Shown here: positions 26,140 to 39,206 of the stretch, piece by piece | Numbering within the stretch: the first letter of the stretch is position 1 | How the letters are laid out: every line of letters begins with the position of its first letter | Origin: Felis catus | Taxonomy: Eukaryota | Reading direction: 5' to 3' | Length of the DNA: 64,000 bases | Assembly (NCBI RefSeq): GCF_018350175.1 | Contig: NC_058382.1 | Location: forward strand, 59,770,001 to 59,834,000 | Translations under genes and position numbers: made by a program | The notes under the pieces: model-generated | What the model was told of the DNA's origin: nothing | Database searches by the model: none | Seen by the model: the letters and a program-made list of their open reading frames with translations, nothing else

Positions 26140-26935
26140 GGTTTTGCTTAAAATTTACCTTTTGAAGCGTATAGTTTGATGGGTTGTGGTGCGTTCACGG
26201 GGCTGCGCAGCTCCGCACCGCCTGTTCTAGAACGTTTTTGTCACCCAAGAAAGAAACCCCTGGTGCATTAAGCCATCCTGCCCTCCGCAACCGCCGGTCC
26301 GCTCTCTGTCCCTGGATTTGCTGGGTCGGGACCCTTGGGGTGGACGGCGTCACCAAGGGGCTGTGGCTGGCCTGTCCCTCAGCACGGTGTTTCCGGGTGC
26401 GTCCAGGGGCCCACGCCAGAGCCCGCGCCAGGTTCCGTTCCTTTCCAAGACCCAGTGATGTTCCCTGGCGTGGCCACATTTGCTTGTCTGTTCATCGGTC
26501 GGTGGACGTTTGGGCCGTTGTGAACGGTGCGGCCGCCAACCCTCTCGTGTAAGCTTTCGTGTGGACACCGCTTTCTGTGCCCAGGGGTGGGGTTGCCGGG
26601 TCCTTTGGGTCCTACGGCGGCCCTGTGATGAACCTCACAAGCAGCTGCTGCCCCATTCTGCATTCCCGCCAGCCGTGTTGCGGGTTCCGGCCACGCCACA
26701 TCTCTGTCGCACGTGTCACTGTCACCCCGTGATCGCAGCCTCCTAGCAGGTGTGAAGGGACGTCTCCCTGGAGTCTGGATCTGCATTTCCTTAAGGATTA
26801 GTGACGTCGGACATCTTTTCACGTGCTCACTGGCCGCTGGGATGTCTTTGGAGACACGTCTGTTCGGGCTCTTGCTTGCTTCGGGTTGTCTTTTTATTAT
26901 TGAGTTGTAAACGTTTTAATGTATCGTGGACACCA
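26140..26935 (-). mobile_element. Old L1 (L1MB-like) 3' fragment
   Basis: ttctagaacgtttttgtcaccc...ctgcatttccttaaggattagtgacgtcggacatcttttcacgtgctcactggcc...ttattgagttgtaa. Confidence 0.75.
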
Positions 26936-28014
26936 CAGTGACGGAAGCCCCAGCGTCTACTCCTGACCCCCCGGGATTCCCCGCTTGCCGGCTGCCTCTC
27001 CCGTTGGATGGTGGATTCCTTGAAATAAACTGCGGATGCCTTTCTCTTGCCTGTTGAGTACCTAGCACGGTGCCGGGCACACAGTAGGTGTTGAGTAAAT
27101 GTTGACTCGGGCCACTGCCCGCCGGCTAGGAGGTCAGGGGATCCTGTCCAGTTCCTGCAGCGCAGACTTTGATGGGCTGCAGTTAAGGTCTATTTTACTG
27201 GCAGGGACAGAACAGCCGTGGTGTCTGCAGGGTAGCTGGGACCCACACAGGTATTTATTGAGCACTTACTGTGTGCCTGACAATGAGCCGGCCCCGGGGA
27301 TAGCAGCAAATAGCCCCAGGGCAGCGTGGGACCGTTGGACTGGCTGAGGGGGCCATGTCCATGCACCTGTCACATAGGTCCCCCTTTACTGCTGACGGGA
27401 TGGAGGGAGCTGAACCAGGGCTGACAGTGAGACCTGGCGGGTGTGGGAAAGCCTTTGGGGGAGGGACTTCCCCACACGCCCAGAGGATGGCAGGGCGACG
27501 TCACAGAGGCTCCATGGGTTTTAAGTGCAGGGAGGGGGAGCAGGGCCGCCCTGGGAAGTGCGGGAGCCAACATGGCTGCGGCTATGCCAGACTCGAGGGG
27601 CCGCGCCAGGCGGGTGGTCGGGCCTTCCCTGGCTGTGGAGGCCACAGCCTGACCCTTTGGGTCTGCACAGAACCAACCTGTTAGGACAAACAGGAGATAA
27701 ACATTCTGGGGATGAAGGGCCCAGCCCGCAGCCTTGCCTGGAGGCTCCCTGGGGATCCCACATCACCCAGACAGCGTGGGGGCTGAGTGGCTGTGTCTGC
27801 GGTGTGGGGCCCAATCTGGAGGAAATTAATTGTGGATCCCAAGAGAATGCGGCAGAAATATAGCAGAGGTCAGGGTTTTCTCGGGGCTGGAGGCGGCCCT
27901 GGTGACAGTGGCCATGAAGTGTTCACAAGCACAGAGTGTCCTGTTAGCTGGAGGCCTGAGCAGGACCGGCGGGGGGGGGGTTGGGGTGGGGGGGTGCAGG
28001 AATGTGCCAGACAG

Positions 28015-28240
28015 TGGACAGACAGGGAGGGAAAGACAGAGACAGAGAGGGAGAGACGGAGACAGAGGCAGAGATGGAGAGGGGGAGAGGGAGAGGGACA
28101 GAGGGAGAGACAGAGACAGAAGGAGGAAGACAGAGAGGGAGAGGGAGAGACAGAGGGAGCGGAGAGGGAGAGACAGACAGAGGGAGAGACAGGGAGAGGG
28201 AGGAGCAGGGAGGCCACAGGCAGGGCAGAGGGAGGAGGGA
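28015..28240. repeat. GA-rich low-complexity polypurine tract
   Basis: Imperfect GAGAGG/GACAGA repeats over ~220 nt. Confidence 0.85.
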
Positions 28241-30309
28241 CGCGTCCCTTCCTGCGGTCAGGTGCACCTGCTACTTCTCCCCGGCCCTTTGTTTTCAACA
28301 GCCGCCTCGCGCTTACTGGCGCCCAGCAACCCTGCGCCTTACGCGCCTTTCTGTTGAGTCTGAGCATCAACCCCCTGGAGCTTGCTGTCCTGCTGCTCGG
28401 AGGGAGGGGGCCACACGCAGCCCCCAGCGCCCCGGGCAGGCACCCTGCCTCGGTCTCCAGCCCTGTGCCTGCCTGTCAGGACTGTGGGGAGCCAGAGCCT
28501 TAGATGGGATCGAGCTCCCCGGACGTGGGGGGCTTGGAGGTGGCGCCCGTGAGCGCGGATCTCCAGCCCCGGCTGCCGGGGCTCAGCCCCCTCCAGCTAG
28601 TTCCCGTTTGGCCCTGAGTGGAGGGGGGACCATGCGGACCCTGCCTCCACCAGCCGATGGAACAGAGCCCTGGGCTGGGGACACCCCACATGTGTGGGGG
28701 TGCAGAACCCCAGGCTGGGGACCCCAGCCGGGCAAGCTGGAGCCAGGGTGTCTGAGCTTGAGAGGCCTCGGGGCTTGGCACTGGGGGCTTCTGAGTCCCC
28801 CTCAGGGAGGCCAGCAGACCCTTGCCTCCAGGCCTTCCCTTCCGCTCACAGCAGCCAGAGGGGAGGGGCTCCTGCAGAAGCATCCGGAACTCCTTCGGGT
28901 GTCGAGCCCTCCAGCCCTGAGGCGGTCCGGTTTACTCCTCGTTGCAGGGAGGGCAGACCCTCCCGTGGGAACTGCGCTGTGAGTAGGCGTTAGAGCCTTG
29001 GGTGGGCAGTTTGGGGAGGGTCTCAGGGCGGCGTCCCCTCCGCTCTTCCTCTCCGAGCCTCAAGGACTCGGGCTGATGGCTGAGCCAAGTAGTTTCGGGA
29101 GAACCCCAGCTCAAGGGCCTGTCAGCCTGGGCTGTGACAGGCATCTGGGACTGGGGTGGGGTCTGGCCAGCTTTCCTGAGGAACTGGGCCCTGGGCCCTG
29201 ACGGAAGAGCTAGGTGAGGGAGGGGACTCCCAGAGAGAGTAAGCCTGTATCAGGCCGCAGGCCAGTCCCGGAGTCCCAGAGCCGGAGTCAGGTGGGGCTG
29301 GAAGAGGTTGAGCCAGGACCCGTCCCCTCCCCAGACATGCCCTGTCGGCTACCTCCCAGGGGTGTCAAGGCTTCTGGGGGCCGAGAGTCGTGTTGGGTGA
29401 CTCACTGTCACCCCAGGTCCCCTAGGGCTTGAGGTCAGAGGAAGGCCCTGGCAGGGGAGTGGCAGGGAGGGAGTGTGTGCCCCTCACAGGCCTAGCCCCG
29501 TGGACACTGAGTCATCAGGGAGGTGTAGGTGGAGGGTTCTGTGCCGGTCACCGCTCAGCCCCTCCTGCTTCCCCTCTGCCCTCCAGGTGTTTTCTCAGCG
29601 CCGCTCTGTCTGGAGACACCTGCACAGCCCCAGCGTCCTTCCCAGCATGAGCCTGGAGCTGGCATCCATGGGGTCAATGGGGACTCGGGCCCCGTGTGTC
29701 CTTGGCACAGTGCTGGCACCAGCAGGGTGGGTGTGAGGGTCCTCCTGAGCACTCTGGCCCTGCTCCGGCGGGGGCAGGCCTGGGGTGTAACCATATCCCA
29801 GATGTTTGCAACCACTCTCCCGGGACGTGCCGTTTCTATTGGTGACAAGATCACGGGTTTGGCGACCGACTGCTGTGATTTGCTGCCTGTCTAAATCTCA
29901 AGTAGAGGCCAGTGAAAATGAGGATGTAATTTCTTTCCCCACGACTCTTGATTCTTTCTGTGGCCCCCGGGAGTCTGCACACCCCAACTTGGGGGCCCCT
30001 GCTCCCACCCTGCCCCTTGGGAGCAGCTGTCACGTCTGAAATCGTACTGTCCCCCTCTGTCGCCTGGGGAGTCCTGACCGGAGCGTTCTGTGCTCCACAC
30101 GGTTCTGTGGAGGTTTGGACACCCCTCGGATACAGCCGTGGGACCCCCTGGGCCACAGGCCAGGAGCCCTCCGGGGAGCCCGGCAAACAGGGGGATCCAG
30201 GAGGGTGGTTACTGGCAATTATGGGAAGTGGAGGTGATGGCCGTCGCCCCCTTCCCAGGGCAAAGGAAGGCTGGGCTGCTGCACGCCTCGGCCCCCTCCT
30301 TACTGGGGC

Positions 30310-30880
30310 TCTGCTAACCCAAGTGCAGGCTTAGTTCACATGCCACACAGCGCACCTGCTCCGGGTGCACAATTCAGTGGTTTCTAGTGTGTTCACAGGG
30401 CCGTGTGCCATACCCCCAGAGGAACCTTGTACCCCACTGTCCTTTCCCTAACCCCCCCCCCCACTGTCCCGTTGGTGGCCTCCGAAACTCCTCTGTCTCT
30501 GGATTTGCATCTTCTGGACATCTCACATGCAGGCATCGTACGTGATACATGCCCTTCAGGCTCTGGCATGCTTTCTGGGTCCATCCGCTAACATGTGCCC
30601 GAGCTCTGCTCCTCCTTAAGACTCATGAGCTTTCCAGGGTGTGGACGGACCACATCCGGCTCAGCCAGCCCTCTGCTGATGGGTATCTTGTTTCCCTCCA
30701 CCTTTGGCTGTTGGAACCTGCTGCTGCTGTGAACACTTGTGCGCAGGTGTGTGTGGGGCAGGTGTTTTCATTTCTCCTGGTTCCGTACCTAAGGGTGGAA
30801 TCGCCAGGTCATATGGTCATTTGAGGAACTGCCAGACTGTTTTCCAAAGTGTCTGCACCAACGGACGTTCCCACTTATTT
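30310..30880 (-). mobile_element. Old L1 3' fragment
   Basis: gtgcacaattcagtggtttctagtgtgttcacag...ttgaggaactgccagactgttttccaaagt. Confidence 0.75.
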
Positions 30881-31529
30881 TTAAAAAGAATCTTCTGGAA
30901 GCTGAGAAGTCCTTACCAGCCTCCCCCCTGGGGGGTGGATCTATTCCTGGACTTGGCAGAGTTTGTGTTTGGAGAGAACCCTAACAGGGATGGAGATGGC
31001 CGTCATTCCAGGCACGGAAGTGCTCAGTGCCCACCCCCCACCCCCCACCGGAGGTGGTCCCGACCACGTTTCTGCCCCTCTGCCTCCATACGAAGCCCTG
31101 CTCCAGTCCTCTGCGTACCGGTGGTGGCCACCTAATGTCTCTCCCTCTGAGTCTCAGATCCAAGGGGTTCTTTGTTTTTGGCATGGTTTCCATCTTGGCA
31201 CGTGGTGGGTACTTAGCAGACTGGTTGGGTGAACGAGGGTAAGGGTCTTCTCTCCACACTGCAGAACTGAGGCCTAGGGGTGTGGAGAGGGGCCTGAAGG
31301 AAGCTTCCTAGATAGCAGAGCGGTGCCCATGACGCTGTGATTTAGGGAAGGGTCATGGAAAAGGCAATGATGTTGCTGTAGGAGGTAGCCCCAACCACGG
31401 ATCAATCTCTTTTTCTCTGGGAGGGCCGACTCTGGGGGACCCCGGCGAAAAGATGGCAGGCACTTGCAGGGACCCCCAGGAGGAGATGGCAGGCACCTGG
31501 GGCCTCGGGGCCCTTCATAGGAGGAAGGT

Positions 31530-32450
31530 AAGGGCCTCCGTGTGGTTGTACCAGGCACGTGGGGCCTCCATGGGGCTATAACAGGCAGTTGCGGGCCTGC
31601 GTGGGGCTATAGCAGGCACGTGGGGTCTCCGTGGGGCTATAGCTGGCAGGTGGGGGCCTCTGTGGGGCTATAGCAGGCACGTGGGGCCTCCATGGGGGTG
31701 TAACAGGCACATAGGGCCTCTGTAGGACTGTAACAGGCAGGTGGGGGCCTCCATGGGGTCTCCATGGGGCTGTAACAGGCATGTAGGGCCTCCATGGGGC
31801 TATAGCCGGCAGGTGGGGGCTTCCGTGGGGGTCTCCATGGGACTGTAACGGGCACGTGGGACCTCTGTGGGGCTATAGCAGGCAGGTGGGAGCCTCCATG
31901 GGGTTATAACAGGCACGTGGGGCCTCTGTGGGGCTGTAACAGGCACGTAAGGCCTCCGTGAGGCTATAGCAGGCAGGTGGGACCTCTGTGGAGCTGTAAC
32001 AGGCACGTGGGGCCTGTGGGGTTATAGCAGGCAGGTGGGGTCCTCCCTGGGGCTATAGCAGGCAGGTGGGGGCCTCTGTTGGGCTATAGCAGGCAGTGAG
32101 GGGCCTCCGTGGGGCTGTGACAGGCACGTGGGACCTCCGTGGGGCTGTGACAGGCACGTAGGGCCTCCATGGGTTTATAGCAGGCAGGTAGGGGCCTCCC
32201 TGGGGCTCTGGCAGTCAGGTGGGGGCCTCCATGGAGCTGTAACAGGCACGTGGGGCCTCCGTGAGGTTGTAACAGGCACGTGGGGCCTCTGTGGGGTTAT
32301 AGCAGGCAGGTGGGGTCCTTCCTGGGGCTATTGCAGGAAGGTAGGGGCCTCCGTGGGGCTCTAGCAGGCAGGTGGGGGCCTCCGTGGGTTTATAACAGGC
32401 AGGTGGGGCCCTCCCTGGGGCTTTAGCAGGCAGGCGGGGGCTTCCACAGG
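31530..32450. repeat. ~30-bp GC-rich minisatellite, ~30 copies
   Basis: Unit approx GGGGCCTCC(A/G)TGGGGCT(A/G)TA(A/G)CAGGCA(C/G)GT; degenerate at both edges. Confidence 0.95.
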
Positions 32451-35400
32451 CTACAAACACCCCGGGCTCCTTCTTCACTCTTCTCTCGGATCGTCTTCGG
32501 TTTTCGTGTTCGGTCCCTGTTCTTGCTGAAGTCCCACTGGGTTAGGTACTCCTGTCACCATCTTACAGACGTGCAAACGGAAGGTAAGTAATTTCCCCAG
32601 CCTTATGGTTGGTAGTGGAGCTAGACTTGTCCCCAGGGGGTCCGGTGGGAGTCCTGCCCCCATTTCTCCCTCACCTCTGTTCGGCCCTTGGAAGGGGTAG
32701 CCCCACACAGAGGCTTTGGTCCTCCCCCTGCTTCAGGCTCTCTAGCCCAGAACTCTGGAAGCTAAGGCCCGTGGAAGTCTCCCTGGGGCTTAGAGGTGGT
32801 CTCTGGGGGTTACAGCTCTTGTTTCTGGCTGAGGGTGCGTGTCTGCCTGGGGTGAGGGTTCAAGCCCTGTCGCAAGTCTTGTCTTCACGTGGGCCCTTAA
32901 TGCGATGGCCCTGCTGTACTTCTGGCGTGTGTATGACGTCCTGATCCTGCGAAGTGGCCCATGGGAGGGTGGAGATCTTCTGGGGAAGTGTGCCGTGGAG
33001 GCTGCTGTCTGAAGTTCGATGGAAGCTTAACCAGTAAGTGACTTTTCGGCACCGAGATCGTTGGTTCTCCAACAACATAACGTGAAAAAGGAGACGTTGA
33101 GAGCCCTAAAATAGTCGTTCAAGAGGTTTTTAAAATGCTTTCCTGCCCAGGCCTCCCCCACACCCACCGAGTCTGTGCCTCTGGGTAGGCTGGGTGTCTG
33201 TGAGAACGCCTCAGAGTTCTCCAGATGATTCTAATAGAAAAACGTGGGTTCTCAATTTTTAGCGGCGTCAGTCACCTGGGGGCTGTGGCACGTTCCAGGG
33301 TCTCTGCCTCAGGGGCTCTAGGGGCCTGGGAGTCTGGATCTCCGTGAGTTCCCAGGAGAACTGTGGGCTGGCAAAACAGTAGCCACTCCTGATGTAGAGC
33401 TCTCCAGCGCTGCCTCTGTGCTTGGTCGCCTCTCAAACCACCAAGGCCTCCTGACGGATTTTACACGAACGGCGTGACTGCTCCGTGCCCTCCCCATCTT
33501 GAAGTACTAACCGGTATATTCCCCATTGATGACCACGTCGGGTGCCGTTCTCGTCCCTGTTTCACGGATGCGGACCAGCGAGGCTCAGAGGCCGGAGATC
33601 TCCCTGGGCTCATGGGGCCACACTCAGACCTGCCTGGTTTCTGACCACTCTGGCGACGAGCCCTTTCCTGAGAGGGGCTGATCCCTCCCTTTTTGCCCAC
33701 GCCCGCTGGCTCCCACCCAAGCGTTTCCGTGAACTCCTGACCTCGGGCTAACCTTGTGGGCCTCTGGCAGCTGCCGCCTCTCTGGGTGAGCAGGGAGGGG
33801 AGTACGGGTCCAGGCAAGGTGCTCCCCAGATGGTGGGATTCAGAGTAGTTCTTCCTTCCTGCTGCATCCGGTTCCGGCCAGCCTCCCTTGTTCCTGCCCA
33901 GAGGGGAATGAGCGGGGCAGCCGGGGGTGGAGGAATCAGGGTTGGGGAGCAGGGGCGTCCCTGCTCCCTGAGGCCCGGCAGGATGTGGGGCTGGAGGCTG
34001 GTGGGCGAGATGCCCAGGTTTGTCAGCCTGTGTGTGTGAACCGTTCCCCAGGGAGGGGCCGTGCTGGACATCAGGGCGTCAGAGGAAACAGCCGGCCTCC
34101 TTTCGTGTGATGGGGGTACCGCTACCATGTTGGGGGGCTTCCCTCGGGGTGCATTCCCTTGCCACCTGCCTCTCCGCCATCCTGTAGGAGCGGCTGTGCA
34201 CACTGTGGGCTTGAGAAGCACCCGGCCTTGGCGGGGAGCCTGCATTCCCTGTTGCTGACCTCACCCTTCTCTCTCGGGGAGTAGGATAGACCGTTGCCCA
34301 GAACGTGGGCCCGGGTATCGGGCACACCTGGTCGGGGCCCTAGCTCAGCTCCTTAACGTCAGGAGTCTGGGCAAGCGACTCTGGGCACCCGGTGGAAGAA
34401 GCCCTGGGCGTGGGGTAGACCTGACGGACAGTGCACCTAAGGTGCCTCTGCCCTCTCCGCGAGGTCAGGATGGTGCGAGCGGAGTTGGTGTCCCCAGGGA
34501 GTGTGGCTCGGAAGGAACCACGTGGGGCCATCTGGCTGGGGTCTACAAACCAGCTACTACTTAACGTTTGCCCTGCTGACCTCCGGGAGCGTGGGCATCC
34601 CCCGTGACGGGGACCACGGGGGGGTGGAGGTTCCTTCCGGCTCTGAGGACAGCCGAGTAGGGAGACTCGGATCTCTCCCTTCTTCCTGCTGTGTGGCCTT
34701 GGAAAAGCGTCCGTCTCTCTCAACCCCCACGGGCCCTTGTGAAGCCCAGAATCTATCGTGCGTGCTCCGCTGCCCTTCAGACGCCGTGGTCGAGGCTCTG
34801 GACTGCTGGGCTCCCCAGCAGGGTTATCCAGGCGCCCCTGAACTGAGAAGGCAACGGATCCGGGGAAGTCTTCGTGAACGCGATAGACCCTGGACCTTAA
34901 AAGCATGTCCCTTATTCGGAGATTAGGTTTGTTACCTTCTGTGAGAAAGTGCTTTCCCGTTACTCGTAACTGCCGAAACTCGGAAGCAACGACACTGCCC
35001 TTCACCAGGGGGTGGGTGACGGCACCGCGGCCCGCAGCCACCGGACAGCCGGACGCCTCACGGGCCGGGTGCTGCATGCAAGAGGCAGGCCCGGAAGGGC
35101 TTCATCGTGCACGACCCCAGCTGGCCCCCTGGAAGGGTGATGCTCTGGCGACGGGGAGAGGGTCCGTGCTGCCCAGCGTTGGGGGGAGAGGGGACTAGGC
35201 GGAATGCAGGATTCCAGGGCCGTGTGACGACTCTGTAGGGTGCCGTGATGGTGGATACACGTACATCTGGCCAGCAGCGAGAGGGACCCCCGCTGTGAGC
35301 TATGGATTCTACGTGCGTCACTGTGGGCCCAGTGATCGGAGCAAATGCATTGCGAGGTGACAAGATGGTGTGAAGGGCGCCGTGAGGGGGACATACGGGA

Positions 35401-35989
35401 GATCTGTATACTTCCTGCTTTTTCTATAAGTGATTCTACAAACGGTTAAGTTTACAAGCCCTTCCCAGGATGAACGGGTGTGGGGAGCAGAGGGGCACCC
35501 CCAGGGCCGTGGAGGGGGCACGCCTGGATGGTGCCTCCTGTCCCCCTCTCCCCCCAACACGAGGCCAGAAGCACTGCCGGCGCCTGGGTCGGTCTCTCCG
35601 GGGTGGGAACTGCCTGCCGCTCTCCTCTGGGCGCTTCCTGGTTGGCGTCCTGCACGGGCTGCTGGGGCCTCCCGGCTCGGCTTCTGGCCTCCACTCTGCA
35701 CGCTGTGTCTGACTCCTCGGGGAAGCGTCTCCCCTCCATCCCGAGGAGCCCACTGGCCTGGGGCTTTGTGGCCTCTTCCCGGCTTTCCTTACCAGCCTTC
35801 TAAGTGCGGTCTGGGCGCTCACCAGGCTGGCATCTCCCGTGGGGAGCGGGGCTTTGCGTCGGCACCTCCACAGGCCCTGAAGCCTCCCTGAGCCTAGGCA
35901 GCCCGAGCAGGGTGGGTACCTGGGCTGCTGAAGAATCTTCTTACGGAAGTTCCTCCCCTCTCTTCCCCCTCCAAAATGTTTCGCCATTA

Positions 35990-36142
35990 GGGTGCCTCGG
36001 TGTCTCCATTCATTAAGCGTCTCTTGATTTCAGCTCAGGTCATGATCTCCCAGTTCATGAGATCCAGCCCCATGCTGGGCTCTGCTGCCAGCGTGGAGCC
36101 TGCTTGGGATCCTCTCGCTCTCCCTCTCTGCCCCTCCCCGGC
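35990..36142 (+). mobile_element. Can-SINE, degraded, lacking tail
   Basis: cttgatttcagctcaggtcatgatctc...ggagcctgcttgggatcctctc body. Confidence 0.8.
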
Positions 36143-36221
36143 CCATGACCTTTATCAAGATCATCTGTGCCCATAGTTGAAGGTATCCATTCGTGCCCCA
36201 AACAAAATCCTGCTTCGAGCA

Positions 36222-36399
36222 GGGGTGCCCGGGTGGCTCTGTCGGTTGAGTGTCTAACTTGGGCTCTTGTGATCTCACGGTTTGAGGGTTCCAACCCTGC
36301 GTCGGGCCCTGTGCTGACAGGTTGGAGCCTGGAGCCTGCTTCGGATTCTGTGCCTCTCTCTCTGCCCCTCCCCCCTCAAACAAATGAACATTAAAAAAA
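36222..36399 (+). mobile_element. Feliform Can-SINE
   Basis: GGGGTGCCCGGGTGGCTC head, ggagcctggagcctgcttcggattctgtg body, A tail. Confidence 0.9.
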
Positions 36400-37600
36400 C
36401 CCGCTTGGAACCCAAGTCCACTGAACCACCCCCCCTTTCCCACCTGCCCACAAATTTGAGCTAACTGTGCTTCCTGTTCACGCTCGCAGCCGTCCTGTGT
36501 GGACTTGTTGCTGTGGTTGATGAGGAATCTTCAGTCTTCGGGACCCCATTCCCCTTCTTAAGCTCTCCGATGTCAGGTCCCATATTCGTTAACCCCATGT
36601 TCTGGGTTCTTTCTCATTACAAGACTGACGCTGGTGGAGCTAGTCGGTGCGTTCAGAGTCCCTGCGCTCCTCCCGCGTCTGTCCTCGCAGGGCACCGGAC
36701 TGTCTGATTGCCACCTCTCTGCGGCCGCATAGTTCTTAGATCACTCGTTCTTTCCCTGCCTTCCAAACGGTCCGGAGAATACCTCTCCGTGCAGCTGTTC
36801 ACATGAACGAAGCCTCCAGATTCCCTACCGGTCTACGCCTATAGGCGGCCACACGTTCTACGTGATCTACGTTTTATAGCTTTTCCTCTGGTTTTTACAA
36901 GTCCTGTAGATGTTCCCTACTTCCCTCTGCTTCCTGGAAAGTCCCCTTTGCCCTTCTTGTTGGCTGGGTCTTGCTTTTTCCTGGTTTACTCCCTTGTTTT
37001 GGTGGCATACGTTCTGTAGTATCTTCCTAAGGAAGGCTGCCTGGAAGCTGGTTTTTGGGGCTATGCTGAGGAATTGGTCGTTTACAGGATTCTAGACTGA
37101 AGTCCAGGGTTTGGGGGCGGGGGGGGGGGGTGACTTTCCCTGACTTCTGGGTTTCACTGTTGTTGAGAAGGCTCTTCCCGGTCTGATTCTCAGCCCTTCA
37201 TGTGGGGTCGTGCCCCCCTCCACGTGTTTGGGGTCTTCACTCTAGGATGTGTGTGTGTTGGGGGGGGGTGGTCTGAAATTCCACAGTGCCGGGTCTTGGT
37301 AGGAGTGCTTTTCCTTCTTCATGCTGGTGTCCTGAGCCCCTTCAGTCCCAGTCGCCTTCCTATCCTGCGTCTTTGGTAACTTGCCTCCGTTGCTTTTCCG
37401 GACCTCCTAACGTATAGACGCGGGGCCTCTGGCTTAGCCTACACAACTCACATTTTCTTTTGTTTCCCACTACTTTGCCTGCCTCTTCTTTTCCAGTTTC
37501 TGATTTTCTTGACTTTGTCTTCCAACTCTCTTCCAAAATTCTTATTTTGGCCATCGCACTTTTAATTTCCTGGAGCTTGCTTGTGTAATCTGAATTTTCT

Positions 37601-37603
<3 letters not shown>

Positions 37604-37646
<43 letters not shown>
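37604..37646. repeat. (TG)n microsatellite, ~21 units
   Basis: Uninterrupted TG run. Confidence 0.95.
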
Positions 37647-37648
<2 letters not shown>

Positions 37649-38407
37649 CCACTTTATGGATACGGTGTTTTCTCTTCATGGCTTTACTTTCTGGCCTCCC
37701 TGATGCCTGCTGTACCCTGCAGTTTCCATGATTCTCTCCAGTTTCCCCCTTCCCTGTCACTTATTTGTATGTTTGGGTCCCTTTTCCTCCTGGCCGCTTC
37801 TTCCAAATGTCTGATGACCCTTGGCTGTTCGTTTATTAAAGGTCCCAAGAAGCAGACTGGCCGGACTCGACCTCTTCAGAGGACTTCTTCCCTCCTGCCT
37901 GCATGTGTCCGTGTACCTGCCCGTGCCTGGATCGGCCGGGAACGGGGGCAGGGTCTCTGCTCAGAACGTGGTCTTCCTCCTAGATGTCCTGTGTCTGGTC
38001 CCACACGTAGCCCCCGGCTTGTCTCTGCCCGGTGTCCCCCGGCTGTGATTTTCTGGTTCTGTTTCTCCAGGAACTTTTGTGTCCTGCCCCACGAGCGTTT
38101 ATACGTTCTCGGCAATCTGGTTTTTATCCTTTCTCTTGGTTTATCCTCCTAACTTCTACAGTTCTGTCACCTGGTTAGAGACTGAGAATGTGCTATTGGC
38201 TTGCGGGGCCACCGTGACCAAATGTCACCCACTGGGAGGCTTAACCACTACACCTTTATTCTGTCCCAGTTCTGAGGCTGGAGGTGCAAGGTCAAAGTGC
38301 CAGGGCTGGGTTCTTCTGTGGCTGCTTTCCTGGGCTTGCAGGTGGCCCCCCTTCCTGCCTCTTCATCTGGGTGTTCTCTGCACACGCCCCTGGTTTCACT
38401 TCCCTGG

Positions 38408-38472
38408 TTTTTTTTGTTTGTTTGTTTGTTATTTCTGAGAGCCAGCAAGAGAGACAGCGTGAGCAGGGGAGG

Positions 38473-38528
<56 letters not shown>

Positions 38529-38652
38529 ATCCCAAGCAGGCTCCAGGCTCCGAGCTGTCAGCACAGAGCCCGATGTGGGGCTCAAACTCACGAACTGGGA
38601 GATCGTGACCCTAGCTGAGGTCGGGCGCATAACTGAGCCCTCCACGAGCCCC
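38408..38652 (-). mobile_element. Feliform Can-SINE with expanded (GA)n, inside a MaLR LTR (~38195-38700)
   Basis: Reverse SINE body with a (GA)~23 tract; flanks show MLT1 motifs (cccagttctgaggctggaggtgcaaggtcaaagtgcc). Confidence 0.9.
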
Positions 38653-38758
38653 CCACTTCTTGTAGGAACATCGGTCCTATCGTATTAGGGCCCAGATGAA
38701 CAGCTGCGTGTTTTTCATCGTGATAAAACCCCCAAAATTTACCATCTCGACCATTTTT

Positions 38759-38962
38759 TTTTTCAACGTTTATTTTTGGGACAGAGAGAGACAGAGCATG
38801 AAAGGGGGAGGGGCAGAGAGAGAGGGAGACACAGAATCGGAAACAGGCTCCAGGCTCCGAGCCATCAGCCCAGAGCCCGATGCGGGGCTCGAACTCACAG
38901 ACCGCGAGATCGTGACCTGGCTGAAGTCAGACGCTTAACCGACTGCGCCACCCAGGTGCCCC
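38759..38962 (-). mobile_element. Young feliform Can-SINE (SINEC_Fc-like)
   Basis: Intact and CpG-rich; TSD CTCGACCATTTTT (38746-58 / 38962-74). Confidence 0.96.
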
Positions 38963-38990
38963 TCGACCATTTTTAAGTGCACAGTTCATT

Positions 38991-39206
38991 GGGGCGCCTG
39001 GGTGGCGCAGTCGGTTGGGCGTCCGACTTCAGCCAGGTCACGATCTCGCGGTCCGGGAGTTCGAGCCCCGCGTCAGGCTCTGGGCTGATGGCTCGGAGCC
39101 TGGAGCCTGTTTCCGATTCAGTGTCTCCCTCTCTCTCTCTGCCCCTCCCCCGTTCATGCTCTGTCTCTCTCTGTCTCAAAAATAAATAAACATTAAAAAA
39201 AAAAAA
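38991..39206 (+). mobile_element. Young feliform Can-SINE (SINEC_Fc-like)
   Basis: Intact and CpG-rich; TSD TTTAAGTGCACAGTTCA (38972-88 / 39207-23). Confidence 0.96.

Noticed and set aside
27787..28982. 238-aa and 333-aa Glu/Arg/Gly-rich ORFs
   Set aside because: Translation of a GA-rich low-complexity tract and GC-rich flank; no splice or domain support.
38991..39075. tRNA-like A/B boxes as a tRNA gene
   Set aside because: They are the tRNA-derived heads of Can-SINEs, followed by CT tracts, A tails and TSDs.
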